A stretch of DNA of 63,324 nucleotides, filler included, from Reclinomonas americana ATCC 50394 (taxonomy: Eukaryota), in assembly GCA_048213135.1 (NCBI GenBank). It is 48 parts of 48 records of this genome, joined end to end, with 100 filler letters (N's around TTAATTAATTAA, not from the genome) between each part and the next. Parts side by side here need not be neighbours in the genome. Positions count along the whole stretch, not along the records: positions 39,731 to 40,947 come from AFZH01026088.1; positions 41,048 to 42,265 come from AFZH01026089.1; positions 42,366 to 43,583 come from AFZH01026090.1; positions 43,684 to 44,903 come from AFZH01026091.1; positions 45,004 to 46,221 come from AFZH01026092.1; positions 46,322 to 47,539 come from AFZH01026093.1; positions 47,640 to 48,856 come from AFZH01026094.1; positions 48,957 to 50,173 come from AFZH01026095.1; 40 more parts are not named here. The stretch is one strand, 5' to 3'. Shown piece by piece: positions 39,782 to 51,759 of the stretch (positions are counted from its first letter, which is position 1; each line of letters begins with the position of its first letter). Both the position numbers and the translations under genes were made by a program. Below the pieces are notes generated by a model that saw nothing but the letters and a program-made list of their open reading frames with translations, did no database searches and was not told the DNA's origin.

Positions 39782-40681
39782 TCTTCTCGCGGTTCTGCTT
39801 CGGGTTGAGCGGAGCCTCAGTGAGCAGCACGGGGTGCTCCTCCGGGGCCACACGCAGCTCGTTGTAGAAGGTGTGGTGCCAGATCTTCTCCATGTCGTCC
39901 CAGTTGGACACTGCGATCACGAATGGCGGTGGTGAGTTGCGGTGCTTGCTGCATGCAACTGCATGAACCTCGGACGACGACGCGTACGACTCACCAATGC
40001 CGTGCTCAATCGGGTACTTCAGGGCCAGGATACCACGCTTGGCCTGGGCCTCGTCGCCGACGAAGGCCTCCTTCGTGTTGGTGCCAATCATGACGCTGAC
40101 CTGGCGGGGGCTGCGCGACAACACGAAAAGGAACATGTCACACAACCGCAGCAGCGACCACCACCATGCTTCAGCGGGGAATGCACACTCACCGGCCGAC
40201 GATGGACGGGAAGACGGCGCGGGGAGCATCCTCACCCGAGTAGCCGGCCTGTGCGGAAAAAACAAAGGCAAAAACATGCCCACGCCATCAGTCATCTGAC
40301 GACATGCTCCAAACCGAAACACACGCCCACAAACGCACCTTGCACATGCCTGATCACCGCAGCCAAAGAGAGACACACGCGCACATACAGTGAGCACAAA
40401 AACGCCGGCGGCGGAGGAGGGAGAGAGGCGGAGGAGCAACATGGCACGCGGAACATGTGCAAACAGAACACACACGCCAATATACAAACAAACGACACAA
40501 AGAGAACAGAGTGCACATGCAGAGTGGGCGCACTGGATTTTCTCTTACGCACCGGAGCCATTGTCAACTGCAGAACGAGACAAGCGCAAGTGCAACTTGT
40601 GTGAGCAACAAAAGACCAACGCGGAAAAATCAAACTCACGCCAATGGCAACGCAACCGACAAGAGCCTGCTGATCAGCCAT
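39782..40681 (-). CDS. ACT: Actin, 5' part. Exons 40657-40681, 40553-40567, 40339-40349, 40193-40248, 39995-40110, 39782-39910
   Basis: Spliced product [38 protein letters not shown]...[65 protein letters not shown]. Confidence 0.97.
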
Positions 40682-41047
40682 GTTGTTTGTTTGGTGGTGT
40701 TGAAGGGGGGTTAGCAGAAGACTGCGATAAAAGAAGAAAGTGTGTCAGTGCCACACACTTTTTTGTCAAGTGATTACGCAAGAGAGGCGGCCGACATTTT
40801 CACCAACAAAACTCACGCACACGCACACACACACGCAAACGAGATGCCCGACGAGCAGGAGAGAGAGAGAGAGAGGAGGAGAGAGAGAGAAGAAAGTAGG
40901 AGGATGCGACACACACTGAGAGACAAGTACGGAAAAGTGGACTAATTNNNNNNNNNNNNNNNNNNNNNNNNNNNNNNNNNNNNNNNNNNNNTTAATTAAT
41001 TAANNNNNNNNNNNNNNNNNNNNNNNNNNNNNNNNNNNNNNNNNNNN

Positions 41048-42217
41048 ACCACCGCTGGTGAGCAGCTCACGGCACGCAAACTGGCCTCCGGCAGCCAGCA
41101 CGCCATGCGCCATCTCCTCAAACACATGACCATATAGCACCGAGCCGACAGCACCCAGCATGCGCAGCCCCGACAGCAGGAACCTGGCGTTCTGCTGGGC
41201 GGAGACGCGCCAGAGCCGGAACAGCTCCTTCATCACGTAGTGTGACGCAAAGTCGAGGCAGGTGAGCCTAAAGTCAGCGCGGTTGACAACGAGGTGCACG
41301 AGGCGGTGTGAGATGCCACCGGCGGTGGTGTCTTCGCGGTTGTTGAGAGTGCCCGCCGCTCGGATAAGGTCCTCGGGCATGAAGCGGGAAAAGGCGTCCT
41401 GCAACGCCAGTTGCACGTCAGCGTCGACATTGGCGAGCACCAAGCGCGCCGATCCGCCCCACTTGAGGTACCGCTGCAGCACTTCCTCGCGCTCCTGACT
41501 GGGGAATGCCACTTGTCGCAGCAGCTCGATTTCCTCATACTCATACGTTGGAAAATACAACGGCGCCGCGCCGCGCTTTTCAAAGTCCTTCCAGAGCAGT
41601 CGGTTGGGCGACGTGATGAGCAGTGACATGGTCACCACTTTGGGCCCGTACAGGCCGGGCGTCGTGCCGTCCACCAGATACAGGTCGATGTGGCGACCCT
41701 CTAGTAAGTCCGCCTCGTCGGGGGACCGCCACACTCGATCGCCAACGATGAGGTGAGGCTCGTACTTGCCGACGTCACCATGACAGAGCAAGATCGTCTT
41801 CTCCGCCAGCAGGGCGCGGTAGAGCACATACATGCCGAATGCCGACTTGGAGCTGGCACAAGAGAGAAGAGAACAGAGCAGTGAGGGAGTGAGGAGTACT
41901 GCGGACGAACCACGGCACGACGCAAGTCACATCAACTCAACATGCCAGGCGTGCCTGTGATGAAATACTTGGACAGCTTTCCACGTGACCGAGCAGGATC
42001 CAAGCCACCGAGACCGGCAGATGAGGAGTACAGGCGGTCGTAAAAGTCACGCACAAACAGAATGGGCGATGTAGTGCCGGGCCACGTAAAGTCCTCCTCC
42101 AACTCGATGTAGGTGGCGTGTGTAATGTCGTTCGTCTTGGTGCGTGTGGAGGTTACCGGGTCGACGTGCCACAGAGCGGCACGGCGCATGGCAGCGATGT
42201 CCTTCTCCATCGCCGCT
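41048..42217 (-). CDS. Crinkler/RHS-type NTPase protein, paralog of 9311-10539
   Basis: Same motifs; Walker A GTPGI|SKS across intron 41853-41941. Confidence 0.8.
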
Positions 42218-42365
42218 GCAGGTGGTTGAGGGGCGGAGAGAGTGAAAGTGTTTGTGTGTGTGTGTNNNNNNNNNNNNNNNNNNNNNNNNNNNNNNNNNNN
42301 NNNNNNNNNTTAATTAATTAANNNNNNNNNNNNNNNNNNNNNNNNNNNNNNNNNNNNNNNNNNNN

Positions 42366-43583
42366 TAACCGTACGACAGCAGCAGGCCGAATACAATGTT
42401 TTGATCACGGGCGTGCCACTCGTCTTGCTCGTCCGGCGCAGCGTGCGACCACGATCCCGGTATGCGCTGCTTGTTTCGCTCAATGGACAATGCGTCTGCG
42501 AGACAGTGACATGTAATCAGTGTGCAGCCGCGAAGTTGTGTGCACTCAAACATGGTGAGTAAGGCACACCGAAGAATGCCGTCTCCCAAAACACAAAGTT
42601 GCGCCACAGCGGGTGATCCTTGACAAAGTACTGCAGACCGCATGACGCACTGAGTGGAGTTCGCTGCGAAACAAGATGCATGCACACTTGCATCGACCGC
42701 ACCTCGACATAGACCTTGTTCGCTCGAGAGCCAGGAGGTGCGTCTGGGGCGCGCATGAGCGTGTGGAAAGTCTGCGTCATGTTCATGAGCAATCGTCCGG
42801 TTGTGGCATCGTCGTGATGGTTGGCGGCATCGAGAGCACAGCGGAAAACAGACACCAGCAGGCGGAATGGTGCCTCGTTCAGCATCGATCCATTTTCCTG
42901 CGCAAAACAGGAACAGATGAGTCGGTGTGTGTCGGCAGAGGATATGACCCGTCCGCCACGCAACTCGTGCGCGCTGCTGGTTCAAAACGCGTGCAAACGC
43001 AAGCCGCCCACTCTTGGCCGGCTTTTCGATGCACTGAATGACGGCACGATATGCATCTTCCGTCAATCCGGCCTCGTCGCTCTCAGCGGCCGCAAACAGA
43101 GGCTCCAGCAATAATCTCAGACGGTCAATGTCCTCCTGCGTCACAATCGTCAGGGGTGCACACACACAGAGGACCATCCGCCGCCGATGCAGCTGTCCGT
43201 GAGATGCGTACCTCCAGCTCTGGTGTCGCCTGCTCCTGCACTCCGAGCTGCGGTGTGACAAACGTGTACTGCGGAGCCGTGGTTTTCTGCACGCGCTCAA
43301 ACACATCCATGAGCACACACATGCGTACGCGCGCGTGCGACAAGACCCGCAAGGTCCGAGACTGACCAGCACAGGATTCGGATCAAAGGTCGGCGGCGAG
43401 GGTCGGACGCTACCGCGACGGTGCGTGGCGATGAACATCTGAATGTCGCTCTCGGGGTCGACCACATCCACCAGCTGATCCAGGATAGAAATGTCCTCCT
43501 GCGCCTGCAAGATCTCGTTCTTGCGCATCTCGGTGTAGGCACGAGTCAAATTGCGGTACACGTCTCTTCTCTTGCGGTCAAAC
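42366..43583 (-). CDS. SBF1/SBF2-domain protein, apparently preceded by the end of an F-BAR domain (partial; copy A)
   Basis: GRLAFARVLNQQR, LLMNMTQTF, VKDHPLWRNFVFWETAFF, QNIVFG.L; upstream VDPESDIQMFI...G..RP.PP.F. Confidence 0.65.
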
Positions 43584-44163
43584 NNNNNNNNNNNNNNNNN
43601 NNNNNNNNNNNNNNNNNNNNNNNNNNNTTAATTAATTAANNNNNNNNNNNNNNNNNNNNNNNNNNNNNNNNNNNNNNNNNNNNGGAGAGGGAGAGGGAGA
43701 GGGATGAAGGAGAGGGAGGAGTGAGATAGAGAGGGAGAGGGAGAGAGAGGGAGGACAAAAGAAGAAATTACTATACAGCAACAGTAGGGAGAGAGAAGCG
43801 ATTGATCGTTGCTTTCTTTGTTGCAGAATGGCCTCTTTTCTCTTCCTTCCTTCCACTCTGTTTGCATGTGTTTCTGTCTCCTTCCGTTGTTGATATCAGA
43901 TTTCTGGCCTCTGGTTCTCTCTCTCTCTTTCTCTTTTCTTTCTCTTTCTCTCTCTTTTTTCTCTCTTTCTCTCCTTCTCTTTTTCGCTCTTTCATTCTCT
44001 TTCTCTTCTTCTCTCTTTCTCTCCTTCTCTTCTTCTCTCTCTTTCTTCCTTCTCTTTCTCTCTTTCTCTCTTTCTCTCTTTCTCTCCTTCTCTCAGCCCT
44101 TTCCCTCGCCCTTATCCTCCCACCCCCTTCTCTTCAATCTCTCATCTTTCTCTTCATTCACAG

Positions 44164-44817
44164 TTCCCGACGAAGTCCCGCCCCCACCAAAGATCGTGGA
44201 GTACAAGTACGACGAATCCAGCGTGTACGCCGTGCTGCTGGAGCCGACTTTCAACGGCACCGACATTCTCGGTTTCGGCATGCGCTACACGACGGACTAC
44301 GAAATGGGCGACAACAGCAAGTCTCGCTACTTCCCGGACTTTGACTCGCTCGGTCAGACGACAAACATGTTCAAGTTCGACATTGACGTGCCAAAGGGCA
44401 CGGTGCGTTTCACGTTGCCGCGTGAGTGCCTCACATTTGTCTCTGACACTCCATTCTTGCAGCGATTCTTTGTGCAAGGTCGCGTGCGCAATGCCGCCGG
44501 CTGGTCGGGATGGAGCTGGCCCGAGTCGTCGGTGCGCGACATCCCCCCGGATCCGCCCTCATTGATTGTGGAGCGCTTGCACGACGAGAAAGTCCGTATC
44601 GCCTACGTGCCGCCCAAGGTCAACCACGGCAGCCCGCTGACCGGACGCTGGATGCTTTACATGAGCCCCGACGGCGACATGGACGACATGCCGGGTCAGA
44701 TCATGAAGGAAACCAATATTATGGTGGGCGGTCTGGCGGCCAACATGACGCGGTACTTTTGCGCCGCGGCCGAGAATCGCAGTGGATTCGGTCAAAAGTC
44801 GGAGTTGTACAAAGTCA
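44164..44817 (+). CDS. Fibronectin type III repeat protein fragment
   Basis: PDEVPPP, FNGTDILGF, RVRNAAGWSGWS, PDPP, NHGSPLTG, GLAAN..RYF.AAAEN.SGFG. Confidence 0.85.
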
Positions 44818-45169
44818 GTTGCGTGGAAAGATAGAGAGAAGGGAGGGAAGGGAGGGAAGAGTGGGGAAGAGAGGGGAAGGGAGGGAAGGGAGGGAAGGGA
44901 GGGNNNNNNNNNNNNNNNNNNNNNNNNNNNNNNNNNNNNNNNNNNNNTTAATTAATTAANNNNNNNNNNNNNNNNNNNNNNNNNNNNNNNNNNNNNNNNN
45001 NNNGCTTAGCCAGTCTCCACCACGGTTGGTTGCATTGCTGCATTCTCACAAACACACGCGTACACTCGTTGTCCCTCCATCCACATCAACGCACGTGCGC
45101 ATTGCAGAGTGGAGAGCAATGCCACCTCCTCTTCATTTCAGATATCTGTCTGTACATGTGGACGAGTCC

Positions 45170-46090
45170 CCCCGGTGCAACCAGAGCACCGCGTTCCAGA
45201 CCTCGCATCGCACGTGGTTCTACTTTGGAGTGGCCGGCGTTCCAGAGGGCGGTACGCTCTCCTTTCAACTCATGAATCTCAACAACCAGAGCAAGATGTA
45301 CTCGAACGGTATGCCGCACCATGGTGGCTGGCTTCGTGTTCTCGGCCGCGTGTATAGCGACTTTGACAAGCCCACCAATCAGTTATCCATGTGCTTTGAG
45401 CACACAATCAGTGGAAGCGTTTGCCGATGTCGAATGCCGAGTACGTTGACCTCCAGAGTTGCGCTTGCCACGAGGAAAATGCTTTTCTCTCTCGGAGATT
45501 GCTCATTGGTGGTTCGCTGAATACCAGCACGTGGGATCGCAAGACGCTGAGACGGCAGGCATGGAACAATGTGGCCGAGGGCGGAGGCGTGTATTCACCA
45601 CAGACAGCTACGAGCGCGGACCAGCTGGTGGCGAGGAAGTGCCGTTGGGAAGCGAGGGCGGTTGCCTTACCGTCACCTACTTTGCCTTCTGCGTACCGTA
45701 CGTATACTCGTACGAGGAGACGCAGCATAAGCTGTTGGCCTTTGATATCATGTTGTGGTGTGTGTTGTGTGTTTCTTCATCTCCAGGCGTCACCGCAAGA
45801 CTCACTCCCTCACTGCCTCACTCTCGAAGTGAATACTCGGACATTCACTACCACCGTGAGTCGCTGACGCGGAGTCTGGATGGTCGGCGTGTGGATCTTG
45901 TGACCATCTCGTCGCACGAGGAATCGTGAAGTTGGTGAGCTGTTTCTTTTCAGTTGTGTGCAAGTAAGTGTGGCTGACTGACCACAGCGATGTGCAGCGG
46001 GCATTGGTGGCTCGGATAATCCCGTTCGAGGGGAGCGAGCATGTGGTCTCCTTGAGTGCCCGCATGCACGGAGGAGCATCGTGCTCAACG
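45170..46090 (+). pseudogene. Cytosolic carboxypeptidase (CCP5/AGBL5-like), probably degenerate
   Basis: RTWFYFGV, MNLNNQSKMYSNGM, YFAFC.PY..SYEE, IHYHRE.LTRSLDGRRVDLVTISS. The expected SRVHPGE zinc motif reads ARMHGG. Confidence 0.65.
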
Positions 46091-46156
46091 AGGGTGAGTT
46101 TATTTGCGCACTGATATGGTTGCAGTTATTTCGATTTACATGCTGAATGTCGAAGG

Positions 46157-46221
46157 TCCGAAGGGAGGGAATTGAACCCTCGACCCTGGGATATCAGAAC
46201 ACTTACAGTCCCATGCTCTTC
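46157..46221 (-). tRNA. tRNA-Tyr(GTA) with a 10-nt intron (46193-46202); 5' end cut by the contig end
   Basis: Anticodon arm TGGGA-CTGTAA[GTGTTCTGAT]A-TCCCA; T arm GAGGG-TTCAATT-CCCTC; acceptor strand CCTTCGG + discriminator A. Confidence 0.9.
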
Positions 46222-46321
46222 NNNNNNNNNNNNNNNNNNNNNNNNNNNNNNNNNNNNNNNNNNNNTTAATTAATTAANNNNNNNNNNNNNNNNNNNNNNN
46301 NNNNNNNNNNNNNNNNNNNNN

Positions 46322-47539
46322 TTACCGTACGACAGCAGCAGGCCGAATACAATGTTTTGATCACGGGCGTGCCACTCGTCTTGCTCGTCCGGCGCAGCGT
46401 GCGACCACGATCCCGGTATGCGCTGCTTGTTTCGCTCAATGGACAATGCGTCTGCGAGACAGTGACATGGAATCAGTGTGCAGCCGCGAAGTTGTGTGCA
46501 CTCAAACATGGTGAGTAAGGCACACCGAAGAATGCCGTCTCCCAAAACACAAAGTTGCGCCACAGCGGGTGATCCTTGACAAAGTACTGCAGACCGTATG
46601 ACGCACTAAGTGGAGTTCGCTGCGAAACAAGATGCATGCACACTTGCATCGACCGCACCTCGACATAGACCTTGTTCGCTCGAGAGCCAGGAGGTGCGTC
46701 TGGGGCGCGCATGAGCGTGTGGAAAGTCTGCGTCATGTTCATGAGCAATCGTCCGGTTGTGGCATCGTCGTGATGGTTGGCGGCATCGAGAGCACAGCGG
46801 AAAACAGACACCAGCAGGCGGAATGGTGCCTCGTTCAGCATCGATCCATTTTCCTGCGCAAAACAGGAACAGATGAGTCGGTGTGTGTCGGCAGAGGAGA
46901 TGACCCGTCCGCCACGCAACTCGTGCGCGCTGCTGGTTCAAAACACGTGCAAACGCAAGCCGCCCACTCTTGGCCGGCTTTTCGATGCACTGAATGACGG
47001 CACGATATGCATCTTCCGTCAATCCGGCCTCGTCGCTCTCAGCGGCCGCAAACAGAGGCTCCAGCAATAATCTCAGACGGTCAATGTCCTCCTGCGTCAC
47101 AATCGTCAGGGGTGCACACACACAGAGGGCCATCCGCCGCCGATGCAGCTGTCCGTGAGATGCGTACCTCCAGCTCTGGTGTCGCCTGCTCCTGCACTCC
47201 GAGCTGCGGTGTGACAAACGTGTACTGCGGAGCCGTGGTTTTCTGCACACGCTCAAACACATTCATGAGCACACACATACGTACGCGCGCGTGCGACAAG
47301 ACCCGCAAGGTCCGAGACTGACCAGCACTGGATTCGGATCAAAGGTCGGCGGCGAGGGTCGGACGCTACCGCGACGGTGCGTGGCGATGAACATCTGAAT
47401 GTCGCTCTCGGGGTCGACCACATCCACCAGCTGATCCAGGATAGAAATGTCCTCCTGCGCCTGCAAGATCTCGTTCTTGCGCATCTCGGTGTAGGCACGA
47501 GTCAAATTGCGGTACACGTCTCTTCTCTTGCGGTCAAAT
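46322..47539 (-). CDS. Near-identical second copy (probable allele) of 42366-43583
   Basis: Same length and end points; scattered substitutions only. Confidence 0.85.
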
Positions 47540-47639
47540 NNNNNNNNNNNNNNNNNNNNNNNNNNNNNNNNNNNNNNNNNNNNTTAATTAATTAANNNNN
47601 NNNNNNNNNNNNNNNNNNNNNNNNNNNNNNNNNNNNNNN

Positions 47640-48856
47640 GTTTGTGCCGCCCAGCAGTCGCTCCGACAGCACATTCCTTGCGAGCATATTGGCCACACAC
47701 ACGCGTGCACGATCGGCGACACTCTGCTGCTCGCCCCAGCCGGCACGATTCAGACGTTCAGACTTGCGCGACTGCTGCTGTTGCATGGTCTCCCACAGGC
47801 TCTCCAGTTTCAAGTCCATCGACGTGGGTGACACCGGCCGTGCCACCTCTTCCTCCAGCAACTGAGCAGTCGCTGTTACCTCTGCCGCCACAAGCAGAGC
47901 ATCAGCTGTCGCCGCCGTCGCCGCGTCATCCACTGGTGCCGCAAGCCCAGATGGTGTGGGCACGTCGGCAGTGGCGGTGGTGATGGCGGTGTCCCTCAAG
48001 TCCGCGTCTGCCTTCACACCGGGTGTCGCCGACTTGCGGCCATCGCCGCCGCCGGCACCAGCGAGAGGTGAGGATGGAGCCTCTGTGGTCAGTCGGCGAC
48101 TCAATGAATCGGCGCGCGGCGGCGACGGCGAGGCCTTCCGCCGACGCGAGTGTCGCTCACGGTCATCGGCGACAACAACAACAGCCGAGGGTGCGGTATT
48201 GTGCTCGCCAGAGCGCCGCCTGTAAAAGTACTTGTCTCGTTCAGGGAACTTGCGCCCGCGACTCCATCCCGCCTCGCGACCATCGTCCACCGGAAGTCGA
48301 CGCGGAGACGCCTGACGCATGTCTTCGCTAACCTCTCCCTCCTCCACCTCGCCTTCCTCGTTGGGTGTTACAGCACCGCCCGGCGAGGACGACCGATCGG
48401 CAGCCGCGGTGGATGACGCATCGGCCGAAGGAGATGACGGCAGGCGAGCCTTGCTGCGTGTCGGAGACCGCCGATCGCGACTGTGTCTTCCAGCGTGTGC
48501 GTGGCGCTCACGCGAATCACCGACATCATAGTGACGCTGTCGTTCCATTCACGTTAGCCAGCATGCATGCAGTGTTGGAAGAGACGCAGCACAACGCAAC
48601 TCGCTTGAGGTCGGGTGACAGTGAACGGCTGTCCATGTCTGGAGACGACGGTCGACGCTTCGGCACGTCAACGTCTGCCAGATCATGCACCCACATCTCG
48701 TCTTCTCTCCGCATCGGCACATCCTCCACAGCGACACGCGATTGCTGCACCGCGGCAGCGGCAGCAGCGGCGGCCAACAGCCCATGCAACTGAGCTTGCA
48801 GAGCAACTTGCGGTGGGAATGCGTCCGCGCGCGGCATCGGGTAGAACGCTCCTGGA
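47640..48856 (-). CDS. Low-complexity Arg/Ser/Pro/Ala-rich protein fragment (copy A)
   Basis: Intron 48537-48600 (GTTGCGT...CTAAC...CAG) joins ORFs in frame (LKR|RHYDV). Confidence 0.65.
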
Positions 48857-49694
48857 NNNNNNNNNNNNNNNNNNNNNNNNNNNNNNNNNNNNNNNNNNNN
48901 TTAATTAATTAANNNNNNNNNNNNNNNNNNNNNNNNNNNNNNNNNNNNNNNNNNNNGATGTAGAAGGCACAAGGGTGGGGTATTTTGAATACAAGAGAGA
49001 TAGAGATGGAGAGAGAATAGAATGTGGAAACATATTCTTGAAGTGAAAGGAAGAATTTGGGCAATGCAAGAGGGGAATGGTGAAATCGATGCAATGACGG
49101 GAAATAGCTTCAATGAAGAAGGCACAGGGCGAGAATTGGGGGAAGGGCGGGGGTATTTTGAATGCAAGAGACGTGTGAATGAATAGGTGGTGTGTTTTCA
49201 AAGGGGTTGTATTTGAAAGAATCTGGGCAATTCAAGAGGGGAGTGGCCTATCGAGCGCACTTGTCTCCCTTCAAAAGCCACATGACCCCCTCATTCCGCA
49301 TCATCTTTCAAAACAAATAATAGATTACCTGCAGAAATCAAGTGACATTACTCTTCTGATCAGGGGTTGGGGTATTCTGATGAAAGGAAAGGGCTCTATT
49401 CATGAAACACTGCCCAGTGAGCGCACTTTCCACACACAAAACGAGCCAATGGACGCCCTATTTATCAATCATTGTTTCGAAGGGAAAGGAAGGAGCGAAG
49501 CAGCATCCTTTTTCTTTTCCTTTTTCATTCGAATTGAGAAGAGAGGAGCCGCAAGGCGACTCTCTTCTCTTTGAAGGAGAGAGAGTCACATGAAGGAGAA
49601 GGGACTTTCTTTTTCTTTCTTTTGAATTGAGAAGAGAGGAGCCGAAAGGCGACTCTCTTCTCTTTGAAGGAGTGAGAGAGACTTCCTTTCTCTT

Positions 49695-49934
49695 TCATCA
49701 AGAAAGAGAAGAAAGGAAATCAGTCTCTCTCTCTCACTCATCAAGAAAGAGAGGAAAGAAAATCAGTCTCTCTCTCACTCATCAAGAAAGAGAAGAAGGA
49801 AAATCAGTCTCTCTCTCTCACTCATCAAGAATGAGAAGAAAGAAAATCAGCCTCTCTCTCACTCATCAAGAAAGAGAAGAAAGAAAATCAGTCTCTCTCT
49901 CACTCATCAAGAAAGAGAAGAAAGTTTCTCTCTC
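49695..49934. repeat. 41-43 bp tandem repeat, about 5.5 copies
   Basis: TCATCAAG starts at 49695, 49738, 49779, 49822, 49863 and 49904. Confidence 0.95.
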
Positions 49935-50273
49935 AAAGAAAGCCCATGAGAGATGAAAGAAAAGAAAAAGAAAGAATCGAGTCAGGAACCAGAGAGGAGA
50001 AGAGAGATGAATCATTTTCCATTTGTGAGAGAGTGACTGAGAGAGAAAATGAAGAGAGAGAAAATAAATGACCGCCTTTCTTTTGAATCATCCTACAAAA
50101 CAAATCATAGATCACCGTGGCAAATCAAAGGGCATTACTTTGCTGACCAGGGATGTGGGCATTCTGATGAGAGNNNNNNNNNNNNNNNNNNNNNNNNNNN
50201 NNNNNNNNNNNNNNNNNTTAATTAATTAANNNNNNNNNNNNNNNNNNNNNNNNNNNNNNNNNNNNNNNNNNNN

Positions 50274-51490
50274 GGTTGTGCCGCCCAGCAGTCGCTCCGA
50301 CAGCACATTCCTTGCGAGCATATTGGCCACACACACGCGTGCACGGTCGGCGACACTCTGCTGCTCGCCCCAGCCGGCACGATTCAGACGTTCAGACTTG
50401 CGCGACTGCTGCTGTTGCATGGTCTCCCACAGGCTCTCCAGTTTCAAGTCCATCGACGTGGGTGACACCGGCCGTGCCACCTCTTCCTCCAGCAACTGAG
50501 CAGTCGCTGTCACCTCTGCCGCCACAAGCAGAGCATCCGCTGTCGCCGCCGTCGCCGCGTCATCCACTGGTGCCGCAAGCCCAGATGGTGTGGGCACGTC
50601 GGCAGTGGCGGTGGTGATGGCGGTATCCCTCAAGTCCGCGTCTGCCTTCACACCGGGTGTCGCCGACTTGCGGCCATCGCCGCCGCCGGCACCAGCGAGA
50701 GGTGAGGATGGAGCCTCTGTGGTCAGTCGGCGACTCAATGAATCGGCGCGCGGCGGCGACGGCGAGGCCTTCCGCCGACGCGAGTGTCTCTCACGGTCAT
50801 CGGCGACAACAACAACAGCCGAGGGTGCGGTATTGTGCTCGCCAGAGCGCCGCCTGTAAAAGTACTTGTCTCGTTCAGGGAACTTGCGCCCGCGACTCCA
50901 TCCCGCCTCGCGACCATCGTCCACCGGAAGTCGACGCGGAGACGCCTGACGCATGTCTTCGCTGACCTCTCCCTCCTCCACCTCGCCCTCCTCGTTGGGT
51001 GTTACAGCACCGCCCGGCGAGGACGACCGATCGGCAGCCGCGGTGGATGACGCATCGGCCGAAGGAGATGACGGCAGGCGAGCCTTGCTGCGTGTCGGAG
51101 ACCGCCGATCGAGACCGTGTCTTCCAGCGTGTGCGTGGCGCTCACGCGAATCACCGACATCATAGTGACGCTGTCGTTCCATTCACGTTAGCCAGCATGC
51201 ATGCAGTGTTGGAAGAGACGCAGCACAACGCAACTCGCTTGAGTTCGGGTGACAGTGAACGGCTGTCCATGACTGGAGACGACGGTCGACGCTTCGGCAC
51301 GTCAACGTCTGCCAGATCATGCACCCACATCTCGTCTTCTCTCCGCATCGGCACATCCTCCACAGCGACACGCGATTGCTGCACCGCGGCAGCGGCAGCT
51401 GCGGCGGCCAACAGCCCATGCAACTGAGCTTGCAGAGCAACTTGCGGTGGGAATGCGTCCGCGCGCGGCATCGGGTAGAACGCTCCTGGA
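50274..51490 (-). CDS. Near-identical second copy (probable allele) of 47640-48856
   Basis: Same length and end points; few substitutions. Confidence 0.85.
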
Positions 51491-51759
51491 NNNNNNNNNN
51501 NNNNNNNNNNNNNNNNNNNNNNNNNNNNNNNNNNTTAATTAATTAANNNNNNNNNNNNNNNNNNNNNNNNNNNNNNNNNNNNNNNNNNNNAAGAACTGAA
51601 CACAGATTCATTCGGAGAGAGGGAAAACCATCGTATCACGATCAAGCCGGCACACACGTGTACATGATGTCGAGATACTTCGGATAGGCTGCGATCGAGA
51701 TAGCATGAGTAATCTCCACAGCAGTGCATGATGCACGTGCGACATTGTAGGTACACAAC

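Noticed and set aside
49695..49934. Possible CRISPR array
   Set aside because: Units are head-to-tail with no unique spacers, and no cas genes are present.
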